Notes under the pieces: model-generated
The model's input: the letters and a program-made list of their open reading frames with translations, nothing else
Told to the model about the DNA's origin: nothing
Databases searched by the model: none
Made by a program: the position numbers and the translations under genes
Shown: positions 25,807-35,637 of the stretch, one piece after another
Position numbering within the stretch: the stretch's first letter is position 1
How the letters are laid out: each line of letters begins with the position of its first letter
Assembly: GCA_035504945.1 (NCBI GenBank)
Contig: DATJRH010000047.1
Span: forward strand, 2,157 to 66,156
Source: Candidatus Aquilonibacter sp.
GTDB taxonomy: Bacteria > Verrucomicrobiota > Verrucomicrobiia > Limisphaerales > UBA11358
Reading direction: 5' to 3'
Length of the DNA stretch: 64,000 nucleotides

Positions 25807-26494
25807 TTATCCTATCACGCCGATGGTGGCCACGTCGCTCCACTGGCCGACTTGCGCATCATTGAGGCGATAGACGGCCTTGTATTTCCAGACCGCGCTT
25901 GGTGCCGGCTGCGGGCAGCGGCGAATTGTCCGCGTAATCGGTATTGGTCGTGAAGGTCAGCGGCACAAAGCCCTTGCCGTCGCCGCGGTCCACCTGCAAT
26001 TCCAGACTGTCCATGCCCTGCTTGGCCCAGCCGACGTGCGGATGAATGCCCGGCGGTGAGCGTGAGATAAAGCACCGGTTTCATGTTGGCCAGGTCAATG
26101 ATCACTTCCGGGCCGATGATGCCCAAATCCTGCGCGATGGCGTCGGTGCAGTTGGGATGGTTCTTGATGCGCACGGCCAAGGTGCTGGCGCGGCCAAAAT
26201 ATTCGGCGGCACGGTGGGCGGCGGCGTGCCGGGCGTGGGCGTCACCGGGATGTCGCTCAGATTGTCGCCGTGGGCGGCCTGATGCTTGTAAGCCGTCCAA
26301 TCGCGCGTCGTCTTGGTGTGCTGGCTGTGCGCATCGCAGACGTAATTGAAGAAAAGATTGTCGGCGGTCAACTGGGTGACTTCCGCCGGGGTGACGCCGA
26401 CGATGGCGGCGTAGGTGGGCATTTTGCCGGCGAAATTGTTGAGCCACGCGCGTTTGCCAGGCTCGTTTGTGGGTAAAAAATAGGCTTTTGGCAT
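25807..26494 (-). pseudogene. Frameshifted gene of unknown function with an Ig/FN3-like C-terminal domain
   Basis: Own translation needs three frame changes: MPKAYFLPTNEPGKRAWLNNF...TVPPNI | FGRASTLAVRIKNHPNCTDAIAQDLGIIGPEVIIDLANMKPVLYLTLTAG | IHPHVGWAKQGMDSLELQVDRGDGKGFVPLTFTTNTDYADNSPLPAAGTKR | AVWKYKAVYRLNDAQVGQWSDVATIGVIG*. The shifts sit in a T run, a G run and a CGCG repeat. Confidence 0.7.
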
Positions 26495-26540
26495 ATTATT
26501 GATGTGGTTTGAGGATTTGATTGGTTGTTTTATGCAGTTT

Positions 26541-26945
26541 TTATGTTGTTTTCATGTGTTCTAGGAACGGATAAACAAGTTCCTGGAGCCGTCTAAAAGG
26601 TTCTCGGAACCGTTCCAGAAGTTCTTGGAGCCTTCCAAAAAGTTCTTGGGACGGATAAATAAGTTCTTGGAGGCGCTCAAAAAGTTCTTGAAACCTCTCC
26701 AAGAACTCTTGGAGCCGTTCAAGAAGTTCCTGGAACGGTTCAAAAAGTTGCTGGAACCGTTCCAAAAGTTCTTGGAAGTGTTCCAGAAGTTCTCGGAACC
26801 GCTTAAAAAGCTGCCGGAAACACCCGAAAAGCCCCTGCCGACCTTGCGCGGGTTGATTGGGAGGCGGCGGCATACCCCTGCAAACCGTGCAGTGCCGGGG
26901 CTGCGCCTCGATAAATTGGTTGAAAGGCGGCGCGAATCCGGCCAC
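26541..26945 (-). CDS. Possible heptad-repeat (ELLERFQ)n protein encoded across the 21-bp array (coding status uncertain)
   Basis: 134-aa ORF starting 20 nt after the XRE stop. Eleven ELLERFQ-like heptads have coiled-coil-like a/d hydrophobics but frequent Pro. Substitutions among units show no clear 3-nt periodicity by eye. Confidence 0.3.
   Translation of the reverse strand: MAGFAPPFNQFIEAQPRHCTVCRGMPPPPNQPAQGRQGLFGCFRQLFKRFRELLEHFQELLERFQQLFEPFQELLERLQEFLERFQELFERLQELIYPSQELFGRLQELLERFREPFRRLQELVYPFLEHMKTT
26558..26830. repeat. 13 contiguous 21-bp tandem repeats, consensus GTTCTTGGARCCGTTCCARAA, with two dyads per unit
   Basis: Units start at 26558, 26579, 26600 ... 26810 with no indels. 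Dyads are AGAA-G-TTCT at unit junctions and GGAAC-C-GTTCC mid-unit, about 10.5 bp apart. All six frames are open across the array. Confidence 0.95.
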
Positions 26946-26964
26946 AGGCCGGACGCCACAATTT

Positions 26965-27378
26965 TCAGGCCGGCGAAGCTGCTGGCGGGGCGGGCGATGC
27001 TTTTAGATTGCGCATGCATTTACGGTGAGCATCCAACCAAATTAATTCCCCGCGAACCATGCAAACATATTTGCACTCCCGGCAAGCTGCCGGCTGCCGG
27101 GCGAGCCATCGCTCCACCAGCGCATAGAACCGGCTTAATGACAGACCACACGCCCGGGCGACCCGCGCGATGATTTCCGGCGAGGGGACGCTTTGCTCCC
27201 TTTCCACCCGGCACAACATCTGCCGCGATACGTCTGCGCGTTTGGCGAGTTCGTTGGGCGACCACCCGCGCCGCTCGCGCAACCGGCGGAACATGCGCGG
27301 CAACGCCCGCGTGGTGGGCGACCTGTCCGTGAACATTTCATGTGTCGGCTCCCGAAGCCCTGCTTTCTGATTGTTCAT
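26965..27378 (-). CDS. XRE-family helix-turn-helix transcriptional regulator with Cys-rich C-terminus
   Basis: 137 aa, HTH WSPNELAKRADVSRQMLCRVEREQSVPSPEIIARVARACGLSLSRF; C-terminal CRECKYVC...HRKC. Confidence 0.75.
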   Translation of the reverse strand: MNNQKAGLREPTHEMFTDRSPTTRALPRMFRRLRERRGWSPNELAKRADVSRQMLCRVEREQSVPSPEIIARVARACGLSLSRFYALVERWLARQPAACRECKYVCMVRGELIWLDAHRKCMRNLKASPAPPAASPA

Positions 27379-27488
27379 CCAACCTGGTTTGTTCGGACCA
27401 ATAAAATAATTGTCCCTTCAAACTCAAGGTGAACATCTGATGGGCGGATGAAATAAAGCAGTCCGCCGCCGTTGTCAAAAGGAAAATG

Positions 27489-29117
27489 CTATTGCGCCTT
27501 TTCGACCACGAGCATTTTGACAGATCTCCTGGCAGGAACGAGTTCCAAACCAAGTTGATTCGCTAAGGCATCCTTCCAAGCCTGTTGCTCAACCTGTTGC
27601 TCAGGACCCTTGCCACTTTGCCAGGTGGGAATCTTAAAAAAAAAGTCAAACTGGTTCGTGAAGCCGGTCTCGTCAACCATCGGCACGGGGAAGGTGTTTT
27701 GGAGCCAAAGTTCCTTTACCAAATCGTCCATTGTAAAATAAAAATGCGCATCGCCCCTGCTGGCGCCATGCCAACGGTCGAAAGCACTCAGATTGGTTAT
27801 ATTCATGCTGCGCGCCAAACTGCCCGCCGGCTTGAGTGCGCCGATATCTTGGTTTGAAAGCCGGAGCGAGAGAACGTCTGTTTCCCGCGTTTCCCATTTC
27901 CCGACAATGCCGAACTGCTTCTCAATTAATTGCTGCAGCGGCAAGGCCGTGCCTTGAGGCAAATCGGAGACGTAATCATACAATGGTTTTTGAGGCAGTT
28001 TGGCGAGGAACACCATTTGCCAAGGCTGCGCGTCGTAGGCAATTCGCACGATATACTCAAGGGTGACGCCGAGGCCGATACTTTGCCAATGATTGGATGG
28101 GGGTTGAACGATTTCGTTGGTTTGAACGACGCTGCCATCCGGCATCCGCCTGACTACAGTTCGGAAGGAAGCAGTAGTGGCTGGCAATTGGGCGCCGATG
28201 AATTTTGGGTATATTGATTGTTTGATTCGAACTTGCGGCTCAGAATAATCGAATTCTATGTCGTCGTGTTGTGGATCATTAACCTTCGGGATTTCCCATG
28301 AGTCAGCCCTGTCCTCATTATGTTCTTTGTATTCTTTGACAGCGATTGTTGTTGTTCCCACTGCGAACAATACGACTGCACCTGTGATGACTGCTGTTTT
28401 CACTTTTGTCCATGCCATAATTTTCAATGCTCCTTTAATCAGGGTTAAGGTTGAAAGAGAAGCCGTCGCGCCCTTGGCAAATGCGGTGGCCGTCACGGCT
28501 TTGGCCAGCAGCACCGGCGCAGTTTGAACCGAGTTGGCGGAAATGGTTTCGCCCAGCGTCGCCGTCGTCGAAGTCACGCCGTGTTTGAAAAAGTATTTCC
28601 GCAATTTCTCCAAGGCCCGCGTGGCTCGTTTGTGCGCGGCCCATTCCTGAATGCCCAGCAGGGCGGCGGTTTCCGCGCCGCTCTTGTTTTCATAAAATCG
28701 CAGCGCCAGCAACGTCCGCTCCTTTTCATTCAGCCGCGACATCGCATCCTCCAGAATCGGGGCGAGCTGTCGCCAGATGTTTTCGGCGTTCGGATCGTTC
28801 AGGTTGGATTGCATATAAGCCTCCTGTTCGCGGGCTTGTTGTCTGGCCTTGTTCCGCAAATGCCGGATGCCAATGAAGCGGGTGGTTTCATACAACCAGC
28901 CGGTGAGCGTGGTTCTTTGGCGCAAACTCGCGGCCTTTTGGGCAAGGATGATGAAAACGGCCTGCGTCACGTCCTGCGCGTCCAGGGAATTGCCGGTGTA
29001 GCGCAGGGCGACGGAATAAACGAGGTTGATGTGCCGCTGAACCAATCCGGCAAAAGCCGTCTCCGAACCGCAGTCGGCATATTCCCGCAGCAAATCCATT
29101 TCGTTCAAATCGGGCAT
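27489..29117 (-). CDS. ECF-type sigma-70 factor fused to a TM helix and an extracytoplasmic TIGR03435-like domain
   Basis: 542 aa. Region 2 (LVQRHINLVYSVALRYTG...DVTQAVFI) and region 4 (LLALRFYENKSGAETAALLGI...). TM helix after KGALKIMAWTKVKTAVITGAVVLFAVG. C-terminus ...LANQLGLELVPARRSVKMLVVEKAQ. Confidence 0.8.
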   Translation of the reverse strand: MPDLNEMDLLREYADCGSETAFAGLVQRHINLVYSVALRYTGNSLDAQDVTQAVFIILAQKAASLRQRTTLTGWLYETTRFIGIRHLRNKARQQAREQEAYMQSNLNDPNAENIWRQLAPILEDAMSRLNEKERTLLALRFYENKSGAETAALLGIQEWAAHKRATRALEKLRKYFFKHGVTSTTATLGETISANSVQTAPVLLAKAVTATAFAKGATASLSTLTLIKGALKIMAWTKVKTAVITGAVVLFAVGTTTIAVKEYKEHNEDRADSWEIPKVNDPQHDDIEFDYSEPQVRIKQSIYPKFIGAQLPATTASFRTVVRRMPDGSVVQTNEIVQPPSNHWQSIGLGVTLEYIVRIAYDAQPWQMVFLAKLPQKPLYDYVSDLPQGTALPLQQLIEKQFGIVGKWETRETDVLSLRLSNQDIGALKPAGSLARSMNITNLSAFDRWHGASRGDAHFYFTMDDLVKELWLQNTFPVPMVDETGFTNQFDFFFKIPTWQSGKGPEQQVEQQAWKDALANQLGLELVPARRSVKMLVVEKAQ

Positions 29118-29168
29118 CTACTGATTATTCCCCGCCTGCCGCAAAAATTGGACAATTATTTTTCGAGA

Positions 29169-30689
29169 TTATTTCACTTTATCGACCACGAGCATTTGGA
29201 TGGGCAGGTTGGTGGGAACCAGTTCGAGGCCGTAGTTGTCGAACAAAGTTTTGTTCAATTCATCAAAATTCGGTGGTTTCGTTCCAGACGTTTCCCGTGG
29301 GATTTCAAAATCATAACGATTGGTCAACCCTGTCTCGTCTATGACTGGAACCGGAATTTGAAATTCATTTACTTCAAGGTTCCACACCAATTGCCCAATC
29401 GTCACTCCATCCAAGGACATTTCATCGCTGATAGCAGATGACTCCAATTCCGAGCTGCTTGGCCGCAAACCCGGTGAGTGGCTGTTTTTGACTTGAAGAA
29501 GCAAAACATTCGTCACCACCGTTACGACATTTCCAGTAACGCCAAATTTCGCTTTAATGGCGTCCTTGAAGGCTTGGGTGGCGCCCTTTGGCAGACTGTC
29601 AATAAAATCGTAACGCTCAGACGGCAGTTGAGTCGCAACAATTGTCCGGGCGTCGGTCCATGAGCCGTAGGCATCCCTCACCATCTGTTGGACGGAATAC
29701 GCCATTGCGAGTCTCTGCTCTTCATTCCCCGACCCGCTTCCCACCTCGGCACTCCCGCCGTTGGTGTTTACCGTAGGCCGAATTTCCATCAAGGGTGGCG
29801 CTTTTCGCAATACTTCGACGTTAACGCCGTTATCAAAATCCTGCCACCACTGAGGTCCGGAACTTTTTTCAATTTCCTTTACGGTGATGGTTGTTGTTCC
29901 CGCCGCGAGCAATACAATTGCCGTGGCAACAACCATTGTCTGCGCTTTTGTCCATGCCATAATTTTCAATGCTCCTTTGATGAGGGTTAGGGTGGAAAGG
30001 GAAGCCGTGGCGCCCTTGGCCAGCGCAACGGCAGTTGCAGTTTTTGCGAGCAGGGCCGGCGCAGCTTGAACCGAGTTGGCGGAAATGGTTTCGCCCAGCG
30101 TCGCCGCAGTGCAAGTCACGCCGCGTTTGAAAAAGTATTTCCGCAGCTTTTCCAAGGCGCGGCTAACGCGCATTTTCGCCGCATCCTCGCTCGCGCCCAG
30201 CGTTGCGCCGACTTCCGCAAAATTCAGGCCTTCAAAGAACCGCAGCACCAGGGCGTCGTGATCTTTCTGGCCGAGCTTTTCCATAGCCGCATCCAGCAAC
30301 GGTGCGATTTGGTTCCAGGTTTCCGCTTGAACTTGCGGCGACGGGGCGTCGCCGTCACCAGTCAAAATGTTTTGCATGTGCGCCTCCTGTTCGCGGCGCT
30401 GCCGCCGCCTTTGAATGGTCAGCGCATTGGCACTGGCGTATCGCGCCGTGCGGCAAAGCCAGCCGGGCAGAATAGTTTTGTCGCCGAGCGAACCGGCCTT
30501 GCGCGCCAGAATGATGAACACAGCCTGGGTGATTTCCTCGGCCAGATGCGGGTCGCGCACCTGTCGCAGGGCGACGGAATAAACGAGGGCGACGTGCCGT
30601 GTGACGAGCGTGGTGAACGCTTCCTCGGAATTGCGCCGGGCATATTCGCGCAGCAGGCTCAAGTCGTCATTCATGATTTTCACAGACAT
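29169..30689 (-). CDS. Paralogous ECF sigma-TM-TIGR03435-like fusion
   Basis: 506 aa with the same architecture. Shares the identical segment KGATASLSTLTLIKGALKIMAWTK with its neighbour. C-terminus ...NYGLELVPTNLPIQMLVVDKVK. Confidence 0.8.
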   Translation of the reverse strand: MSVKIMNDDLSLLREYARRNSEEAFTTLVTRHVALVYSVALRQVRDPHLAEEITQAVFIILARKAGSLGDKTILPGWLCRTARYASANALTIQRRRQRREQEAHMQNILTGDGDAPSPQVQAETWNQIAPLLDAAMEKLGQKDHDALVLRFFEGLNFAEVGATLGASEDAAKMRVSRALEKLRKYFFKRGVTCTAATLGETISANSVQAAPALLAKTATAVALAKGATASLSTLTLIKGALKIMAWTKAQTMVVATAIVLLAAGTTTITVKEIEKSSGPQWWQDFDNGVNVEVLRKAPPLMEIRPTVNTNGGSAEVGSGSGNEEQRLAMAYSVQQMVRDAYGSWTDARTIVATQLPSERYDFIDSLPKGATQAFKDAIKAKFGVTGNVVTVVTNVLLLQVKNSHSPGLRPSSSELESSAISDEMSLDGVTIGQLVWNLEVNEFQIPVPVIDETGLTNRYDFEIPRETSGTKPPNFDELNKTLFDNYGLELVPTNLPIQMLVVDKVK

Positions 30690-30857
30690 ATTTACGCAGC
30701 CGGGAAAAGGTAACAGAAAATTTTTGGCAATTTGTTATTTCCGGCTAATGCAACCTCGTTAAAAAAGTAATATCCTAATGAAAAAAACTCACATTTTTTA
30801 AAAACATTTATTGCGCGACGGTGAATTTTGAGCCAAAAATGAGTGAACGACGGCTGA

Positions 30858-33800
30858 TTGCCAGAAATGACGAAACACCCGACGCAACAAAATGAAAACG
30901 AACGGCCCGCGCAAAATCTGATTTCCGCGCCGCCGAAACAGGGGCTTTATGACCCGCAATTCGAGCATGACTCGTGCGGGGTGGGATTTCTCGTCCACAT
31001 CAAGGGGCAAAAATCGCACGGCATTGTCACCGCCGCGCTGCAAATTTTGCTGAACCTTGATCATCGCGGCGCCGTTGGCTGTGAAGCGAACACCGGCGAC
31101 GGCGCGGGCATTCTCATGCAGGTGCCGCATGAATTTTTCGCCAAGGCCGCGGACAAGCTCGGCTTCAAACTTCCCGCGCCCGGCCAATACGGCGTCGGCA
31201 TGTTGTTCATGCCGCCCGATCCGGCTGAACGCGAAGGCGTCAAGGCCGCGCTCGCAAAGATTATTTCCGACGAGGGCCAGACGCTGCTCGGCTGGCGCGA
31301 CATTCCCACGGACAATTCCTCGCTCGGCAACGGCGCAAAAAAATGCGAGCCGCACATGATGCAGGTTTTTGTCGGACGCAATTCCGCGTTGAAAGACGAC
31401 GCGGCATTTGAGCGGAAACTTTACGTCATCCGCAAAATTGCCGAACAGCAAATCCGTTACGGCAAAAAAATCCCCGGCGGAAATGTTTTTTACGTTTCCA
31501 GCCTGTCGTGCCGGACTTGCATTTACAAAGGCATGTTAATGCCGGAGCAGGTCGCGAAATATTATCCGGATTTGCGCGACGCGGACATGACGACGGCGCT
31601 CGCGCTCGTCCATTCGCGTTTTTCCACGAATACGTTTCCGAGCTGGGACCGCGCGCATCCGAACCGCTTCATCGCGCACAACGGCGAGATCAACACGCTG
31701 CGCGGCAATGTCAACTGGATGCACTCGGCGCAGGCGAATTTCAAATCGCCGCTGTTTGGCGACGACATCAAAAAAATTATTCCCGTCATCAACACCGACG
31801 GCAGCGACTCGGCGCAGTTTGACAATTGTGTGGAGCTGCTCGTCATGGCCGGGCGCGAGCTGCCGCACGCGATGATGATGATGATTCCCGAGCCGTGGGA
31901 AAATCACGAGAGCATGGACGCCGAACGCCGGGCGTTTTATGAATTTCATTCCTGCCTGATGGAGCCGTGGGACGGCCCGGCTTCGATGGCGTTCACGGAT
32001 GGAAAAATCATCGGCGCGTGCCTCGACCGGAACGGCCTGCGCCCGTCACGTTATTACGTCACGAAGGACGACATGGTCATCATGGCGTCGGAAGCCGGTG
32101 TGCTGCCGGTCGCGCCGGAGCGTGTTTTGCAAAAAGGCCGTTTGCAACCGGGTAGAATGTTTCTGGTGGACACCGAACAAGGCCGCATCGTTGCCGACGA
32201 GGAACTGAAGAAAAGATACGCGCGCGCGCAGCCGTATCAAAAATGGCTGGCCGAACATCACGTGCTGCTCGAAAATCTGCCCGAGCCGCCCAGCGAAACG
32301 GTTCCCGCTCACCGGAGAATTTTGCAGCAGCAGCAGGGCTTCGGCTACACGTTCGAGGATTTGCGTTTCATCATCGGGCCGATGGCCAACGACGGCGTCC
32401 AGCCGCTCGGTTCGATGGGCACGGACACGCCGCTGGCGGTTTTGTCGGACAAACCGCAGTTGCTTTACAATTATTTCAAGCAGCTTTTTGCGCAGGTCAC
32501 GAACCCGCCGATTGACCCGATTCGCGAGGAAATCATCACCTCGACCGAAACGATGCTGGGCGGGCGCGGTGGCCTGCTTAATCCGACGCCGGAAAGTTGC
32601 GCGCTCATCAAATTGAAGCATCCGATTCTGACGAACGAGGAATTGGAAAAACTGCGCCACGTTGACGGGAAAAAATTCAGAGCCGTCACGCTGCCGATTT
32701 TGTTCAACGTGGCCGACGCCGCAAGAGGTTTGGAAGCCGCGCTGGAAAAATTATTTTCCGACGCTGACCAGGCGATTGCCGGCGGCGCGAACCTTTTGAT
32801 TTTATCCGACCGCGGCATTTCGCCGGAACTGGCGCCGGTTCCCGCGTTGCTGGCGGTGGCCGGCTTGCATCATCATCTGATTCGCACCGGCAAGCGCGGT
32901 CGCGTCGGCCTCATCCTCGAATCCGGCGAGCCGCGCGAGGTGCATCATTTTGCGCTGCTCATCGGTTACGGTTGCGGCGCCATCAATCCGTATCTGGCGT
33001 TTGCGACGCTCGACGATTTGATTCAACAGGGGTTGCTGGCCAACACCGACCATAAAACGGCGCAAAAGAAATTTATCAAGGCCGCCATCAAGGGCGTCGT
33101 CAAAACGATGGCCAAGATGGGCATCTCGACCATTCAAAGCTATCGTGGCGCGCAAATTTTTGAAGCGGTCGGCCTCAACAGCGATGTCGTGAACAAATAC
33201 TTCACCTGGACGCCGTCGCGGATTCAAGGCGTTGGCCTCGATGTGATTGCCGGGGAAGCGCTCGCGCGGCATCGGCACGCATTTCCCGACCGGCCGGTCA
33301 ACGGCGTGCTCGACGCGGGCGGCCAATATCAATGGCGCGACGGCGGCGAATTCCATTTGTTCAACCCGCAGACGATCCACAAGTTGCAGAACGCCTGCCG
33401 CACCGGCAGCGAAAAAGTTTATCGCGAATACGCCGAGTTGATTAACAACCAGGCGAAAAATCTCTGCACGCTGCGTGGTCTGCTCGATTTCAAATTTGCC
33501 GAGAAGCCGCTGCCGATTGAGGAAGTCGAATCGGTCGAAGAAATCGTGAAGCGCTTCAAAACCGGCGCGATGAGTTACGGCTCGATTTCCAAAGAAGCGC
33601 ACGAGGCGCTCGCGGTGGCGATGAACCGCATCGGCGGAAAATCCAACACCGGCGAAGGCGGCGAAGACCCGGAACGCTACAAACTCGAACCGAACGGCGA
33701 TTCAAAAAATTCCGCGATTAAACAAGTTGCCAGCGGACGCTTCGGCGTCACGAGCCATTACCTTGTCAACGCGCAGGAATTGCAAATCAAAATGGCGCAG

Positions 33801-35510
33801 GGCGCGAAACCCGGCGAAGGCGGCGAATTGCCCGGCAAAAAAGTTTATCCGCCGATTGCGAAAGTTCGCGGCACGACGGCGGGCGTCGGCCTCATTTCGC
33901 CGCCGCCGCATCACGACATTTATTCCATCGAAGATTTGGCCGAACTGATTCACGATTTGAAAAATTCAAATCGCAACGCGCGCGTGAGCGTCAAGCTCGT
34001 CGCCGAAGTCGGCGTCGGGACGATTGCCGCCGGCGTCGCGAAGGCGCACGCGGACGTGGTTTTGATTTCCGGTCACGACGGCGGAACCGGCGCGTCGCCG
34101 CTGTCGTCAATCAAGCACGCGGGCGGCCCGTGGGAGCTGGGCGTGGCCGAAACGCACCAGACGCTCGTGCTGAACAATCTACGCAGCCGCATTTACGTCG
34201 AGACCGACGGCCAGATGAAGACCGGCCGCGACGTGGCCGTGGCCGCGCTACTCGGCGCGGAAGAATTTGGTTTTGCGACCGCGCCGCTCGTCGTGCTCGG
34301 TTGCATCATGATGCGCGTTTGCCATTTGAATACCTGCCCGGTCGGCGTTGCCACGCAGGACCCGCGTCTGCGCGCGCGCTTTGCCGGCAATCCCGACCAC
34401 GTCGTGAATTTCATGCGTTTCATCGCGCAGGAACTTCGCGAAATCATGGCCAAACTTGGCTTCCGCACGCTCAACGAAATGATTGGCCGCACGGACAAAT
34501 TGAATCCGTGGAAGGCGATTGATCATTGGAAAGCGCGCGGCCTCGACCTTACGCCGATTTTACATCAGCCCGAAGCCGGGCCGGAAGTGGGCCGCTATCG
34601 CCAGCAGGATCAGGATCACGGCCTCGAAAAATCTTTGGACGTGACGAAGCTGCTCGACCTTTGCAAACCGGCGATTGTGCGCGGCGAAAAAGTGAAAGCT
34701 GAATTGCCGATCATCAACGTCAACCGCGTCGTCGGCACGATTACCGGCAGCGAAATCACAAAAAAACACGGCCCGAACGGTTTGCCGGAGGACACAGTGT
34801 GGCTGAAATTCAACGGCAGCGCCGGGCAAAGTTTTGGCGCGTTCGTTCCGAAAGGAATGACGCTCGAACTCGAAGGCGACGCCAACGATTATTTCGGCAA
34901 AGGTTTGAGCGGCGGCAAATTGATTGTTTATCCGCCGCGCGGTTCGACGTTTGTGCCGGAGGAAAACATCATCATCGGCAACGTGGCGCTTTATGGCGCG
35001 ACGGCGGGCGAGATTTTTGTGCGCGGCATGGCGGGCGAACGTTTCGGCGTCCGCAATTCCGGTGTCAACGCGGTCGTCGAGGCCGTCGGCGATCACGGCT
35101 GTGAATACATGACCGGCGGGCGCGTTGTGGTGCTGGGCAAAACCGGACGCAATTTTGCCGCCGGCATGAGCGGTGGCATTGCTTACGTTTTGGACGAAGC
35201 CGGCGATTTTGCTTCGCGCTGCAACAAGGAACTGGTCGCGCTCGAAAAACTTTCCGACGCCGACGAAATCGAGGAAATCTGGAAATTGGTGCAGCGCCAT
35301 CAGACTTACACGCAGAGCGAGCGCGCCGCGAAAATTCTCGGCGACTGGAAAAGTTTTGTTCCAAAATTTGTCAAAGTCCTGCCGAAAGATTATGCGCGCG
35401 TTTTGAATTCGCTGAAGAAAGTTCAATCACAGGGCTTGAGCGGCGACGACGCCATCATGGCCGCGTTCGAGGAAAATATCCGCGACGTCGCGCGCGTCGG
35501 CGGCGGATGA
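30858..35510 (+). CDS. gltB: Glutamate synthase large subunit
   Basis: 1550 aa with the Ntn amidotransferase start ...EHDSCGVGF and FMN/3Fe-4S central domains plus the GXGXG C-terminal domain. Confidence 0.95.
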   Translation: MPEMTKHPTQQNENERPAQNLISAPPKQGLYDPQFEHDSCGVGFLVHIKGQKSHGIVTAALQILLNLDHRGAVGCEANTGDGAGILMQVPHEFFAKAADKLGFKLPAPGQYGVGMLFMPPDPAEREGVKAALAKIISDEGQTLLGWRDIPTDNSSLGNGAKKCEPHMMQVFVGRNSALKDDAAFERKLYVIRKIAEQQIRYGKKIPGGNVFYVSSLSCRTCIYKGMLMPEQVAKYYPDLRDADMTTALALVHSRFSTNTFPSWDRAHPNRFIAHNGEINTLRGNVNWMHSAQANFKSPLFGDDIKKIIPVINTDGSDSAQFDNCVELLVMAGRELPHAMMMMIPEPWENHESMDAERRAFYEFHSCLMEPWDGPASMAFTDGKIIGACLDRNGLRPSRYYVTKDDMVIMASEAGVLPVAPERVLQKGRLQPGRMFLVDTEQGRIVADEELKKRYARAQPYQKWLAEHHVLLENLPEPPSETVPAHRRILQQQQGFGYTFEDLRFIIGPMANDGVQPLGSMGTDTPLAVLSDKPQLLYNYFKQLFAQVTNPPIDPIREEIITSTETMLGGRGGLLNPTPESCALIKLKHPILTNEELEKLRHVDGKKFRAVTLPILFNVADAARGLEAALEKLFSDADQAIAGGANLLILSDRGISPELAPVPALLAVAGLHHHLIRTGKRGRVGLILESGEPREVHHFALLIGYGCGAINPYLAFATLDDLIQQGLLANTDHKTAQKKFIKAAIKGVVKTMAKMGISTIQSYRGAQIFEAVGLNSDVVNKYFTWTPSRIQGVGLDVIAGEALARHRHAFPDRPVNGVLDAGGQYQWRDGGEFHLFNPQTIHKLQNACRTGSEKVYREYAELINNQAKNLCTLRGLLDFKFAEKPLPIEEVESVEEIVKRFKTGAMSYGSISKEAHEALAVAMNRIGGKSNTGEGGEDPERYKLEPNGDSKNSAIKQVASGRFGVTSHYLVNAQELQIKMAQGAKPGEGGELPGKKVYPPIAKVRGTTAGVGLISPPPHHDIYSIEDLAELIHDLKNSNRNARVSVKLVAEVGVGTIAAGVAKAHADVVLISGHDGGTGASPLSSIKHAGGPWELGVAETHQTLVLNNLRSRIYVETDGQMKTGRDVAVAALLGAEEFGFATAPLVVLGCIMMRVCHLNTCPVGVATQDPRLRARFAGNPDHVVNFMRFIAQELREIMAKLGFRTLNEMIGRTDKLNPWKAIDHWKARGLDLTPILHQPEAGPEVGRYRQQDQDHGLEKSLDVTKLLDLCKPAIVRGEKVKAELPIINVNRVVGTITGSEITKKHGPNGLPEDTVWLKFNGSAGQSFGAFVPKGMTLELEGDANDYFGKGLSGGKLIVYPPRGSTFVPEENIIIGNVALYGATAGEIFVRGMAGERFGVRNSGVNAVVEAVGDHGCEYMTGGRVVVLGKTGRNFAAGMSGGIAYVLDEAGDFASRCNKELVALEKLSDADEIEEIWKLVQRHQTYTQSERAAKILGDWKSFVPKFVKVLPKDYARVLNSLKKVQSQGLSGDDAIMAAFEENIRDVARVGGG

Positions 35511-35525
35511 TTCAATTTAATGAGA

Positions 35526-35623
35526 CTTAACGTAAAGACGCAAAGAAGCGAAGTCGCAAAGAAGCTGAAAAACAATTTCAATTTGTTTTTCCGCGCCTTT
35601 ACGCCTTTGCGCCTTTGCGTTAA
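35526..35623. repeat. Imperfect palindromic REP-like element in the gltB-gltD spacer
   Basis: Left arm CTTAACGTAAAGACGCAAAGAAGCGAAGTCGCAAAGAAG, right arm CGCGCCTTTACGCCTTTGCGCCTTTGCGTTAA. The arms are largely complementary (TTAACG.AAAG.CGCAAAG...). Confidence 0.7.
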
Positions 35624-35637
35624 AAATCAGATTTAAA

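Noticed and set aside
26558-26830. The 21-bp repeat array as a CRISPR array.
   Set aside because: The repeats are directly contiguous with no spacers, the unit is shorter than CRISPR repeats, and no cas genes are in the window.
26625-27173. The plus-strand 182-aa ORF across the 21-bp array (KKFLEPF heptads).
   Set aside because: It has a proline in nearly every heptad, its downstream half is antisense to the well-supported XRE gene, and its openness is explained by the repeat's self-complementarity.
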